A stretch of 64,000 bases of DNA from Candidatus Heimdallarchaeota archaeon (GCA_019056785.1 DXJV01000025.1:20613-84612); one strand, 5' to 3'; counted from the first letter of the stretch, positions 41,246 to 51,631 are shown. The notes: a model not told the origin generated them from the sequence alone. Numbers and translations are program-made.

Positions 41246-42535
41246 TCACTTTTCAAGCTCATTTGCCATTTGTTGTCGAACTTTTGCTAAGACTTCAGTT
41301 ATAGTTAAGCCTGTAGCATTGACAATGGTTTTTACATCTTCAAATTCTGGTTTGAAATGAGCTATTGCGCCTGTTTTTGTATAAGCGATCTTACCTTTAA
41401 GAGCAAAATGTTTTCCATTAATAACAACCTGAAAATGCTTGATTTCTCTTGGAAGCATCAGCTTTGTTCCACGTAAGATGCGAACGCCTATCGTACTTGT
41501 TTGATTCATAATTTCTGTTGCAAAACGTTCTATCTCCTCCTCTGCGCACAAAACAGAAACTTTTGTGGCGGGCCGTCCTTTCTTCATGAATAAGGGTGTA
41601 AGATAGACATCCTTTGCACCGAGTTCGAATAATCTTTCGGTTAAGAATCCAATAACTTCTCCGGAGCAATCGTCAAGGTTGGTTTCTATGATAGCAATCT
41701 CCTCTTTGGGGTAGCTTTGCTGCACCAATGAGCCGAGGAATAAACGCAAACTATTCGGGGTGTTTTCAAAAGTTTTTGTCCCGAAACCCGTTCCCACCTT
41801 TTCTAACTGAAAAATGGGTGGTGTGGTAATAAAAGTTGTTTCTAATATTTTTTGTAAAGCAGCAATAATGGCAATTCCTGTTGGAGTAGTTAATTCTCCT
41901 GCTAGTGGCCCCATCATAACAGGGATAGAGAATTTGTGGGCTATTTCTGTTACAGCCGGCACTGGCACAGGTAAGGTCCCATGAGAGAAGGTAATTGTTC
42001 CCGAACCCAAAGCAACTGGTAAAACAAAAAGAGTCACTGTAAAAAGCTCCAGACGATCTAAAAGAGTTGCAGCCCCCAATATATCTAGAAAAGTATCCAG
42101 GGAACCCACTTCATGCAAGTGGGTTTTTTCTACGGGGATATTGTGGGCTGCTGCTTCAGCTTCAAAGAGAATGTGAAATGCTTTCTTACTGAAATCTTTC
42201 GCTCGTTTTGATAACTGTTGTTGTTTTGTGTACTGGTCAATTATTGCCAGTGCATCAGAAAGCCGGAGGTGCCTTTTTGGTTCTTTAATATGAATATGTA
42301 ATTGAAGACCCTGATGAACAAATTGTTCTATTTGTTCGAGAGTGAGAGTAAATTCCGCCTTCCCCTCCAAACCCGCAGCTTTAACAACATTTGAAGCGAC
42401 TAGTTGAAGTGCTTGCAACCTGTTTTTATTTGCCTGTTCTATAGAAAGGTCTGTAAAAAGAAGGTCCAGTAGTGCTGCTAAGAACTTGTCGCCTGAAATG
42501 CCCGTGTGTTGGGCATCAATAATTAATTGTCTCAT
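41246..42535 (-). CDS. larC: Nickel pincer cofactor biosynthesis protein LarC
   Basis: GISGD, HLHEVG..D, HG.LPVPVPA, GELTTPTG, ETNLDD, MKKGRP and KPEFED motifs. Confidence 0.93.
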   Translation of the reverse strand: MRQLIIDAQHTGISGDKFLAALLDLLFTDLSIEQANKNRLQALQLVASNVVKAAGLEGKAEFTLTLEQIEQFVHQGLQLHIHIKEPKRHLRLSDALAIIDQYTKQQQLSKRAKDFSKKAFHILFEAEAAAHNIPVEKTHLHEVGSLDTFLDILGAATLLDRLELFTVTLFVLPVALGSGTITFSHGTLPVPVPAVTEIAHKFSIPVMMGPLAGELTTPTGIAIIAALQKILETTFITTPPIFQLEKVGTGFGTKTFENTPNSLRLFLGSLVQQSYPKEEIAIIETNLDDCSGEVIGFLTERLFELGAKDVYLTPLFMKKGRPATKVSVLCAEEEIERFATEIMNQTSTIGVRILRGTKLMLPREIKHFQVVINGKHFALKGKIAYTKTGAIAHFKPEFEDVKTIVNATGLTITEVLAKVRQQMANELEK

Positions 42536-42621
42536 ACTATCCCTCGAGTTTATTAGTAAATTATCAGTTAGACACTAAATAATAGTCTTTTTGCTATATG
42601 AAATAAAGATAGCCGTCTTTT

Positions 42622-45600
42622 TCAACTTTGGCTGATGGATTCTAAAATCAACTGCTCAAAGAAACGCCCCTTTGTATAGAAAAGGTCTGCCGCTTGTTGG
42701 CCAATATAGGATTCTACCAATCCGGCTAGAGAATCCAATGTTTTGAGAAAATTAGAACGCATATATTCTCGCAAACCTTCATACAGAAAGTTTCGAATTG
42801 TCTGTGACTGTTTTTGCCTGGGAGTGATTAGAGGAAGGAGGGAAGTCAAATTAAGGTTAAGTTCGGTTTTATCTTCTCCCTTTTTAGTGAGTTTGCAACA
42901 ATGAGTTTTATCAAAATAAATAGCTAGAAGCTCAGCTGGGAAGGATATCGTAGCCAACGGAAGAAGAAAAGCATTTGCTCTTTGACTATATCTTACAAAA
43001 AGATCATCTGAAAGTATAGCAAAGACTCGCGAGATAGCAGTTCGCACGGCATGATTGAACAAAACGAAAACTTCATCTTCAATTGTCTTGCGAATGATAA
43101 TTGTCTGTGCTGTTTTCTCGCCCTTAGTCGCTTCTTCCTGTAAATTCATAAGAATTTTTGCTTCAATAGAACCCTTTTGGACATCCTTTTTGACCAGATC
43201 CCAAAGAAGCTTTTCATGTAATTTATCAAAAAATGCCGAATCACGAACCCATGTTGAGGCATAAACTTCTACAATACGCTGATATCCACCAAAAGTTGAA
43301 GTTAATTGCTTTTTATTTTGTGTAAATGTTGGTGAGTATGCTTTCAAGGAAAATCCGGGGAAGGATTTCTTAGAATAATACTGAATAATCTGTTTAAGTG
43401 GCTTTACTCGACCAAAAAGACGATGGAAAAAGTTCCCCCCAGTAATGAATCCTTTATAGACAGAACAAACAGTTTTTAACGCTTGTAACTTTTGCAGTTG
43501 TTTTTTCTTCGTTTTAATGCTCATTGCATTCTTTTTAATCTGCTCCTCGAATTTTTTCTTTTCTAAGAGGAGAAGGCGATATCGCTGTTTTAATGTGGGT
43601 TCCAAAAATCTGAAAATTAATTCATTTATTACTATTGGTTCTTTGAGGAGTGCGCCAAGTTTCCCTTGATAAGATAATTCTGGGGCAACGACTTTAAGAG
43701 CGAGCAGCTGTTTCTTTGTCAATCCTTCTGGTTTGAATTCGCCCTGACTCTCTTTGGATTTACTTGTTTTTACCAGAAGAAGAAAACCATGCAACAAAGC
43801 TTGTAAAGCAATTTCAGTTAACGAGGGGAGGAGAGTTTCAAATGAGAGAGTTTTGGTGAGAACCTTTTTTACGTCTGTCGTAAGGAGCGCTGCAAAACCC
43901 GGCTGATTTTTAAGCCCCTCAAATACCAGTGCTGTTCTATAAAGAGCAGTTGAATAAGTGATCATTTTTGACAAAGAATCATTGAGAGGTTTTGGTGCGC
44001 TTGGTTGTTTAATTGTACCGAAAAATTCCTCCAGCATTTTAACGATAGTGTCTTCCAAGGCATAGGAAAAAACTTTTGAAAAGAAGGAGAGCGCTTCAAT
44101 GTTTTCAAATTTCTGTGTGGCTTTTATCCGCTTGATCCTCCGTAAAATTAGGGCACTTGTTTCAGAAGGAATCATTATGTTTGACTCTTTTTCAAAACTT
44201 TTAAACTGCCGCTCGATTAAGAGGAACACTGGATCTTGAGCTTTTTTTGTGGGTTTAACAATATTTGCAAGGATAGTTTTACAGAGAGTGTAAAAAATAT
44301 CCGGCACAGGACGGAACTGATATTTCCTGATTAACTTTTGGAGGAAAAATAATTGAACGCATTTTGAAAAAGAGATTGATGGCAGTTGCTGGCTCTGCTC
44401 GTTAATTTGCCGGAGAATATACCATAAAGCCATTGCTTCATCATGAGCAGTTCGATATTGTTCGAAAGCTTCTCTCACAAGAGCAGAAACGAGTTTCTGG
44501 GTTTGGGTTAGATTTGAATCGACAAGTGCTATGAAAGGATATTTTTTCGGGAAAACTTCGAGAAACTTCTCTTTTACTTCGAGAATGATTTCAGCGGTGT
44601 TCTTCATTACCTCTTCAGGGGAATACTGGGAAGAGAGGTCTCGCAAGAGAAGAACTATTTGTTGTGAAAACGCATCCTTCTTTTCCAAACTGCTACGCAA
44701 AAGTTGTTGGGCTGTAGCATTAAAATTCTCGCGAATAAAATCAATAGTAAGAGGTTTTGTTAAACTTGCTGCAAGAAATTTCAGGGGATATTTTTGAAAG
44801 AGTTTAAGGTAAATTGTAGTAAAGAGGTTTTCGAGAATTTTCCCTCGCGTTTTTTCAAACGAACCTCTTTTTATTACCGAAAGTTGCTCAAATAATACAT
44901 TGCTATTGAAAAAGCCCACCAGAGGAAAGCTACTCCTTTTCTTGGAATGACGACTTTCAGAAAATTGTTGCAACTGGGTAACAAGACGAGTAATTTCTTC
45001 TGCAAGCTCCTTTCGTGACTGAGCGGACTTTTTCTGCAAAAACTCAAGAACGAATTTCTTTGTAGCAGTTAAATCTGGAGAAGACGCAAAAAAAAGCGGA
45101 AAAAAAGCATCATTACGCGTACCTTCTTGATAAAAAAGCTCGACAAATTTCTCGAGAAAGAAGGAGATTTTTGTGGGAGAAAAAGTGTCTTTTTGAATGC
45201 TCTTAAGAAATAAAGTTTTGTCTTGTTGTTTCTCCCAGAGTTCTTCGAGAAAAACGTTACACGAAGAAGCAATTAGCTGAGCGAACTCCTTCCAAGTGTT
45301 TGGTGAGCTTTTATAAAGTACATAAGCAACTGCAGGAACAACTTTTACCCCTTCTACGAATCTCGGAACCGCACCACGACTTTGATATACTTTTTCAAAT
45401 TTAGTGAGAATAGCCTTAGCTAAAGCAGAGCCATATTCAAGGAGAAACATTTGATGATATGGTTCTAAATCGGGAAAGTCTCGAACAGCGATCATAAGTA
45501 ATGGATGATGTTCCCCAATTGTCAACCATTTTGAAATGAGAATGCCATTTTTAAACCGAGAAAAGTTTGCTTGGGTTGCTTCGCTATCAGCAAGACCAAT

Positions 45601-45735
45601 TTCTACGGCAAAACTGGATAAAGCCCCACCAAGTGCAGAAACCAGTGTAGCATCATTTTGAATGGACCCCATTGAGAAAAAACTCGTGCTGTCCTCTTGT
45701 GAGATAATTATTTGTGAGACCACTTCGACCAACAA
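42622..45735 (-). CDS. Large helical protein with an N-terminal longin-like domain (paralog of 36776-39886)
   Basis: DATLVSALGGALSSFAVEIG, SRFKNGIL, DAFFP, YQFR.VPDI, FEN.E.LS.F and YIG..AAD.FY blocks shared with the paralog. Confidence 0.65.
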   Translation of the reverse strand: MLVEVVSQIIISQEDSTSFFSMGSIQNDATLVSALGGALSSFAVEIGLADSEATQANFSRFKNGILISKWLTIGEHHPLLMIAVRDFPDLEPYHQMFLLEYGSALAKAILTKFEKVYQSRGAVPRFVEGVKVVPAVAYVLYKSSPNTWKEFAQLIASSCNVFLEELWEKQQDKTLFLKSIQKDTFSPTKISFFLEKFVELFYQEGTRNDAFFPLFFASSPDLTATKKFVLEFLQKKSAQSRKELAEEITRLVTQLQQFSESRHSKKRSSFPLVGFFNSNVLFEQLSVIKRGSFEKTRGKILENLFTTIYLKLFQKYPLKFLAASLTKPLTIDFIRENFNATAQQLLRSSLEKKDAFSQQIVLLLRDLSSQYSPEEVMKNTAEIILEVKEKFLEVFPKKYPFIALVDSNLTQTQKLVSALVREAFEQYRTAHDEAMALWYILRQINEQSQQLPSISFSKCVQLFFLQKLIRKYQFRPVPDIFYTLCKTILANIVKPTKKAQDPVFLLIERQFKSFEKESNIMIPSETSALILRRIKRIKATQKFENIEALSFFSKVFSYALEDTIVKMLEEFFGTIKQPSAPKPLNDSLSKMITYSTALYRTALVFEGLKNQPGFAALLTTDVKKVLTKTLSFETLLPSLTEIALQALLHGFLLLVKTSKSKESQGEFKPEGLTKKQLLALKVVAPELSYQGKLGALLKEPIVINELIFRFLEPTLKQRYRLLLLEKKKFEEQIKKNAMSIKTKKKQLQKLQALKTVCSVYKGFITGGNFFHRLFGRVKPLKQIIQYYSKKSFPGFSLKAYSPTFTQNKKQLTSTFGGYQRIVEVYASTWVRDSAFFDKLHEKLLWDLVKKDVQKGSIEAKILMNLQEEATKGEKTAQTIIIRKTIEDEVFVLFNHAVRTAISRVFAILSDDLFVRYSQRANAFLLPLATISFPAELLAIYFDKTHCCKLTKKGEDKTELNLNLTSLLPLITPRQKQSQTIRNFLYEGLREYMRSNFLKTLDSLAGLVESYIGQQAADLFYTKGRFFEQLILESISQS

Positions 45736-45995
45736 CCGACTCCTTCTTCAGCTCAAAAAAACCTTATAATTCATTTGTAGTTACTTCGTTTTTGTTAATT
45801 TCCTTCTTTGGCTGTTTTAATGTTTGTGATAGCGACATTTATGACGCATTTAAAAAGAGCTTCTTTCAATAACTATAAAGAAGTAAAAAAGGAAAAGAAA
45901 AATAAGAGAAAAAAATCATTTCCAAATCTAATTATATGAGAATAACTAACGATTCTATTGTAAGTAAATGAAACGCCTTTTGTGGTGAAAAAAAA

Positions 45996-48641
45996 ATGAA
46001 ATACGAATTTGGTCGCTCCCCTTGTCATTATCTTCAAACGGTTCTTGAAAAATTGGCTGATCTTAATAGCACAATTGTAGATCCACATGATCGAGCATTA
46101 CTAGCACGTGCAAATATGCTTGCATATGAAATTACGGACCATAAACAATATGCAACCAATGCCCGCCGGTTAGGGAAAGAAATTTTGAGAGACATCTTAA
46201 CAAAGGAAAGTTATATTCCGAAAGAAAATGAATTAAAATTACTCTATCTGTTGCAGAAACAAGGGTCTATCACTCTCGATGAGAGTCAAATCGATAGATT
46301 ACTGGAACTCCAGGAAAATTGGCCGGACCCAGATGATAGAATTAGCGCATTATTAGTGGCCTATAATCTATCTCTCGAAAAAACCGAATTGAAAGAAAAA
46401 ATTTATGCACTTCTTGAATCTTTACCCTTTGAAGAACGATTGTGGCCATATGCAACAGCCTACATAATGTCTAATCGTGAAATCGAGTTGCCGGCAAACA
46501 TTATTGAAATTGCACGGAAAATATCTGGGACAAACAATACTGCAGCGTATCTGGATAAGGTCATCTGGATCAAGTCAATGTATGACCCGGACTTTGGGCC
46601 GCGTAATGTAGAAGCCCGAAAAGAAATCGCAGAAGAAATTGCGCAATGCGATGAGCCTCGAGATTTATTGTTTGTTTTAGGGTTTATCAGAAACGAAAAT
46701 GTTTTGGAAAACATTCAAAGAGATATAGATGAAATTAGTAGTAGCCTTAAGGATTTCTCACCTAAAATAAACCTTCCTATTAATGCCCGTCAATCGCCCA
46801 CACAAGATGCAATTATCTTAGGGCGGAAAGGTTCTGTAATTAAAGACATCGGTTGCCAGGGAACACTCTATCTTGGACGGATTTCAGAAAAAGGCGCCCA
46901 CGGCCTTTATGGTAAGAAAGTACTTGTTGATGCAGGTTACCCACATATATTCTTCATCAGCGGCCATCGTGGCTCAGGAAAAAGCTATACACTTGGTGTT
47001 ATTGCAGAAGAATTAGCAAAAGCAAAGCTGGGTGTAGGAACAATCATCATTGACCCGATAGGCGTTTTTTGGGCACTGAAAAAGCAAAACAGCGATGAAG
47101 GAGAGAATTTGCTTCTCCAACAATGGGGATTAAAGCCAGAAACAATAGACAATGTTGAAGTATTCACCCCTATCGGCATTTTCGAGAAATTTGGTGACGA
47201 AACGATAGATTCACCTTTTGCCCTGAAACCATCAGACCTTCATATTGAAGATTGGTGCCGCACCTTTGACATCGACCGGTATGAGATTCGTGGAACTGTT
47301 TTAGAGAAAGCTCTAAAAATAGTAGCCAGGGAAAAGTCAGACTTTTCAATTGACGATATTATCGCTGCATTAGATGATCCAGCAATTACTAATACTTATC
47401 GAAGTGACTCCATTCAAGCCATTCGATCCCGTATGGAAGCGGCAAAGGAATGGGGCATTTTCTCAGGAAAGGGTACACCACTTTCAAGGTTAAGCTCACC
47501 AAATAAAATTTCAGTCCTTGACATTAGCAACCCGCGGATTGGTGATAGCCTTCGTGCTTTGTTGGTTGGTATCATTGCCCGTAAAATCCTCGAAGCACGC
47601 ATACGTTCTTCTCGGGGGGAAATGTTCGAAGTGTCTGGAGAAGAAGATGGCTCAATTCCAGTCACATGGCTGCTTATTGATGAAGCACATGTTTTAGTGC
47701 CAGCGAATAAGAAAACAGCGGCTTCAGACCCCTTAATTGAGTATGCAAAGCAAGGAAGAAAACCGGGTTGCGCCCTCGTGCTTGTTACACAACAACCATC
47801 TGCCATGCATAAGGATATTATGAGCCAAATTGATGTAATGATAACCCACCTTTTGACTTTTGATGATGATATTCGAGCTTTTCTTAAACGAGTGCCAGCT
47901 TCTGTCCCGGACCAATTTGAAGATTCGGACTTTATCAGAAGCATGCCTACAGGAGTAGGAATGATTTCTGACCAGTTAACACAAAACCGCAGTTTTATAG
48001 TGAAAATTCGCCCCCGAGTCTCACTCCATGCAGGAAGAGAAGCATTACCTAAATCACTCCGAAGAAAAATACGCGCCAAACATGGTGGAGAAGTGGCTTT
48101 TGGGAAGCGAGATGTCTTAGTGGCAACAGCAATCAGTGAAGAGTCTCAACCCGACGAGAAACCCTCGAGCATCCCGGAACCCGTCCCAGAAAAACCAAAA
48201 GTAAAGCAACCAGTAAAAGCAAAAAGAAAACATCCAGCAAAAGCAATTGATTTGCCCATACCTGAACCATCAAAATTACCCGAAAAAATGATTCTGAACA
48301 TTTTAGAAAGAAAACTCGAATATGGACACAATACATTCCTCTTTGATGGCTCAAAATCAGTGCGCTTCGATAAACTCCAGCGCTCGGGGTTCTTAAGTGG
48401 CTCTATCGAAGAAAACTTGCCCCCAATCATTGCTGAGCTGGAAAGAATTGGTTGGGAAATAAAGGCAATTGTCCCTGAAAAAACCTTCGTCGTTATTCTC
48501 ATGCAGCTAGAATCAGCCTCATTGGGTATTTCATATGCCATATTTAAAGGCGACACCGCCCTCTCATTCATTGTTGTTGCAAAAGAGCGGTTCAAGAAGA
48601 GTATCTACGACAAAATCTTCAATTTAAAACAAAGTAGGTGA
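45996..48641 (+). CDS. HerA/FtsK-superfamily (DUF87) ATPase with N- and C-terminal extensions
   Basis: Walker A GHRGSGKS, IIDPIG, Walker B LLIDEAH, QGRKPG and TQQP motifs. Confidence 0.88.
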   Translation: MKYEFGRSPCHYLQTVLEKLADLNSTIVDPHDRALLARANMLAYEITDHKQYATNARRLGKEILRDILTKESYIPKENELKLLYLLQKQGSITLDESQIDRLLELQENWPDPDDRISALLVAYNLSLEKTELKEKIYALLESLPFEERLWPYATAYIMSNREIELPANIIEIARKISGTNNTAAYLDKVIWIKSMYDPDFGPRNVEARKEIAEEIAQCDEPRDLLFVLGFIRNENVLENIQRDIDEISSSLKDFSPKINLPINARQSPTQDAIILGRKGSVIKDIGCQGTLYLGRISEKGAHGLYGKKVLVDAGYPHIFFISGHRGSGKSYTLGVIAEELAKAKLGVGTIIIDPIGVFWALKKQNSDEGENLLLQQWGLKPETIDNVEVFTPIGIFEKFGDETIDSPFALKPSDLHIEDWCRTFDIDRYEIRGTVLEKALKIVAREKSDFSIDDIIAALDDPAITNTYRSDSIQAIRSRMEAAKEWGIFSGKGTPLSRLSSPNKISVLDISNPRIGDSLRALLVGIIARKILEARIRSSRGEMFEVSGEEDGSIPVTWLLIDEAHVLVPANKKTAASDPLIEYAKQGRKPGCALVLVTQQPSAMHKDIMSQIDVMITHLLTFDDDIRAFLKRVPASVPDQFEDSDFIRSMPTGVGMISDQLTQNRSFIVKIRPRVSLHAGREALPKSLRRKIRAKHGGEVAFGKRDVLVATAISEESQPDEKPSSIPEPVPEKPKVKQPVKAKRKHPAKAIDLPIPEPSKLPEKMILNILERKLEYGHNTFLFDGSKSVRFDKLQRSGFLSGSIEENLPPIIAELERIGWEIKAIVPEKTFVVILMQLESASLGISYAIFKGDTALSFIVVAKERFKKSIYDKIFNLKQSR

Positions 48642-48647
48642 AGAAGA

Positions 48648-49757
48648 ATCGCAAAAAAGAAAGAGCCTAAGTGGTTTGGAACGTTCTTCACGGAAAACCA
48701 ACCACTCTTCCGAAAGCTCTTTGAGCAGGTGATTTGGCCGATAATTAACCCACTCATCTCAAAAGCAGAAGCATCAAACATAACAGTAGAAGAACTGACA
48801 AAAGAGCTGAAAGAGGGCATCTGGAAGATCTTTTTCCAAACCTTGCAATTGAATAGAAATAAAGAAGAAGAAACAGCAATTGCCAACCAGCTCAAAAAAC
48901 TGGCAAATGAAAATATAATAGATTTCGTTCTAGACCTTATAAAAGATTTTTCTTTCAGCTTTCATGAAGACTTCACAGAGGGTGTCAGCCCAGAAGAAGT
49001 AACAGAATCACTAGAGCAATTCATAAACCAACAAGTCATCATCGAATGGATCGATTATCTCGTTGAGTTCTCCATTACCCCCTTGTTAATTCTCTCATTA
49101 AAAGAGCCATATAAAATCAAAAAGGGGAAAGAAATTATTACAAGGATCTTTTTAGCGATAGTCCAGGGATTGATAGGAAAAGAAGAAGCAGAAACACAAT
49201 TACAAACAGTTTTAACCAACGAATTGCAAGTACCGGAAGAACCGCTCCGATTCGTGAGCGCAATGGCTCGAACAATAGCAAGGGGAATGGAAAAGTTTGG
49301 ACTCACCGGTTTAGCAAAAATTGCAGAAGAAACGCTCAAAGAAAAGAAAGAAATAACAATACAACGAAAATACACCAATGTTCGACAGGCTGCAAAAGAA
49401 ATCATTTTCGACCGAGAGAAAGTAATGGAAGAATGGGAAAAGAATATTTTACAACCAGCAACAATAGGACTACGGATGGCCGGTAAAGAGCGATATAAAG
49501 GATTCATTACCAGCTGTAAAAAGAATTTTGAATTGTTTCTTGACCAATTGCTCTCGGCGAGCGATTTTGAAAAAAGAGTCGATAAAGAGTTGCGAAAGTT
49601 CGGCGGCAAAGAAGAAGAATTAATGCAACCGATTCGAGACTCCATAGTAAGCTCAGTTAAATTTCTCGAACTCGCACGAATTGATGACCCTACACTTAAC
49701 TTATTAATGATGATCATCGATGAGGAACGTGAAATTACAAAAAGAAACTGCACCTAA
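48648..49757 (+). CDS. Hypothetical alpha-helical protein
   Basis: Open frame continues directly after the HerA TGA. Possible non-canonical ATC start at 48648 behind AGGTGA; first standard start is GTG 48729. Confidence 0.7.
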   Translation: MAKKKEPKWFGTFFTENQPLFRKLFEQVIWPIINPLISKAEASNITVEELTKELKEGIWKIFFQTLQLNRNKEEETAIANQLKKLANENIIDFVLDLIKDFSFSFHEDFTEGVSPEEVTESLEQFINQQVIIEWIDYLVEFSITPLLILSLKEPYKIKKGKEIITRIFLAIVQGLIGKEEAETQLQTVLTNELQVPEEPLRFVSAMARTIARGMEKFGLTGLAKIAEETLKEKKEITIQRKYTNVRQAAKEIIFDREKVMEEWEKNILQPATIGLRMAGKERYKGFITSCKKNFELFLDQLLSASDFEKRVDKELRKFGGKEEELMQPIRDSIVSSVKFLELARIDDPTLNLLMMIIDEEREITKRNCT

Positions 49758-50454
49758 CTTTAAGCGAATTTTTGTTGCTTACTGTGCCAGTAAGAAAATA
49801 ACAATGCGAAAAACATTCCCTTTTATGATGTCTTTTTCAACCACTTGAGGAAGGGTGTTTTTTTGATGGGATTTCTAGCCAAGGAAATCGATTCTACAAA
49901 ACAGTAATCTACAAGTTCGTTTTTCTGATTTATTATCTCAGCCATCAAAATCACCAGGAAGCGTTTCCCGACAGGGAATTCTGACTGTTTTCATTAAAAC
50001 CCAAACTCCTATTTGGAAGAATAGTTTCTTTACTCAACTAAAATATATTTCAACAAAGCTTGAAACGGCAACAGTAACTAGAAAGTGAAAACTTCCTCTT
50101 GCACCACGAGTAATAAAAGCAAATTACATGGAGGAGAGGGCATTAAAAAGTGCCATAAGAACACATTTATTATTGATGGTGAAACTAGCTATTAATGAAT
50201 CCTATATGGGAACATTAAAAATTGTGAATAACAGAATAATCATAAAGAAAGATTCAGTATCGGTAAGGAAAAAGGAAGAACCTTATCCAACTAAAGATGC
50301 TGAATAAAAGCATCTACTGATCCCCCTCAGGAGCGAGGCTGACTGAACGAGCACAGCCACCTCAGGAAGCAAAAAAAACTCAGAGAGCGGGGAGAAGAAC
50401 CCAAAAATTCAAATAAAATTATTGTTGAAAAAAAATGAAAGGTTGGTTATAAGA

Positions 50455-51123
50455 ATGCCCAAAATCAAGAATTGGCTTTTTGGCAAAGAGAAGCCTAAGG
50501 ACACCGAAAGTATTGCTAAGATTCGCCGTGTCATTAATAAGTATACTTTACAGTCTCGTCGTCTTTCCCAGCAAGCAGATGAGCAGAAAGATCTTGCTAA
50601 GGAGATGATGAAGAGCGGCAACAAGGCTGGCGCCAAGCAAGCTTTGATGCGTCGTCAGCTTTATCTTAAAAAACTCAACGAGACTCAGAACAAGATTTTA
50701 AATTTACAAGGTATGATCGAATCCATTTCCGAAGCAAAAGATGTTGCTGAAACTACAAAAGCCATTCAGGAAGGTGTCACTGTTATTGAAGATACCTTAA
50801 AAGATGTCTCTCCTGCGGACACCGAGCGCGCCATGCTTGAAATGCAGTCCTCTATGGAGAAGGTTTCCTTTGCATCTGAAGCATTAGCTGATACCTCCTT
50901 CTCCGAAACCGAGCTCGATATTGATATGGAAGATGCTATTGATCAAGAGATGAAAGAGCTCGAGATGGAGCTTTCCCTTGGTCAAGTGGAAGAGCTTCCG
51001 GATGTTTCCACTACAACACCTATTAAAACAACTCCTCAAAAAGAGAGAAAAGAAAAAGACGAAGTTAGTGAGGAGATATCCGAACTCCGGAAAAAGATCG
51101 AACGCGAACGCAGCGGCGCATGA
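50455..51123 (+). CDS. ESCRT-III / Snf7 family protein
   Basis: Basic N-terminus (KNWLFGKEK), AKEMMKSGNKAGAKQALMRR helix, acidic C-half (IDQEMKELE...ELPDV), amphipathic C-terminal helix. Confidence 0.9.
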   Translation: MPKIKNWLFGKEKPKDTESIAKIRRVINKYTLQSRRLSQQADEQKDLAKEMMKSGNKAGAKQALMRRQLYLKKLNETQNKILNLQGMIESISEAKDVAETTKAIQEGVTVIEDTLKDVSPADTERAMLEMQSSMEKVSFASEALADTSFSETELDIDMEDAIDQEMKELEMELSLGQVEELPDVSTTTPIKTTPQKERKEKDEVSEEISELRKKIERERSGA

Positions 51124-51139
51124 AACCCGCTGTTAACAC

Positions 51140-51187
51140 GCGATAGCACCCTTTGTTCTTGCTATCGCCCTTTTGCTTTTTCTTTTT
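51140..51187 (+). terminator. Hairpin plus T-tract after the Snf7 gene
   Basis: GCGATAGCA (51140-51148) / TGCTATCGC (51160-51168) followed by a T-rich tract, between convergent genes. Confidence 0.55.
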
Positions 51188-51458
51188 AGTCTTCTCCCAC
51201 AGCCATATAAACCATATCGTCTTTGATCGCTTCAATGCGTCGTTTATTTTTTGTTATAAATTGGACATGGACGATGCCCCGGATCTCGAGTTCCATTAAC
51301 GCCTCGTTTATCTCTGTCTTGGACACCTCGCCAAATTCCATGGACAAGATCTTGATAAGCTCATCATCTATGAGCACTCCTTGACGCTTCTCAATTGCCA
51401 TCAATATTGCAGTAGATAGTGGCATTGTCTTCCAAATGGCTTTTTTTTCTTTGGACAT
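51186..51458 (-). CDS. Small winged-helix protein downstream of cdc48
   Basis: PLSTAIL...DDEL...EINEALMELEIRGIVHV...KRRIE fits a wHTH pattern; GGAG RBS. Confidence 0.75.
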   Translation of the reverse strand: MSKEKKAIWKTMPLSTAILMAIEKRQGVLIDDELIKILSMEFGEVSKTEINEALMELEIRGIVHVQFITKNKRRIEAIKDDMVYMAVGED

Positions 51459-51631
51459 CGCAAAGTAAAACTCCTTATGAAACTCATTCTAATGAAAAGA
51501 TAGGAAAATTCCTCATATCCTTTTTTATTTGTCCTATTTTAAAAGCTTATGGATGATGTTTAGTTTCTGTTACAAAAAGAAAAGAAGAGGAAAAAGAAAG
51601 TTCCAGAGAGAGTTCTTTATTGTCATGCCGG

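Noticed and set aside
47414-49753. Long antisense ORFs (47414-48079, 48146-48595, 49055-49753)
   Set aside because: They lie opposite better-supported plus-strand genes and have Ser/Phe/Ile-rich shadow-frame composition.
49823-49945. About 40-codon minus-strand ORF with a GGTGA RBS (MAEIINQKNELVDYCF...)
   Set aside because: Too short and unrecognisable. It may be a decayed gene with a shift in an A-run, but this cannot be supported from the sequence alone.
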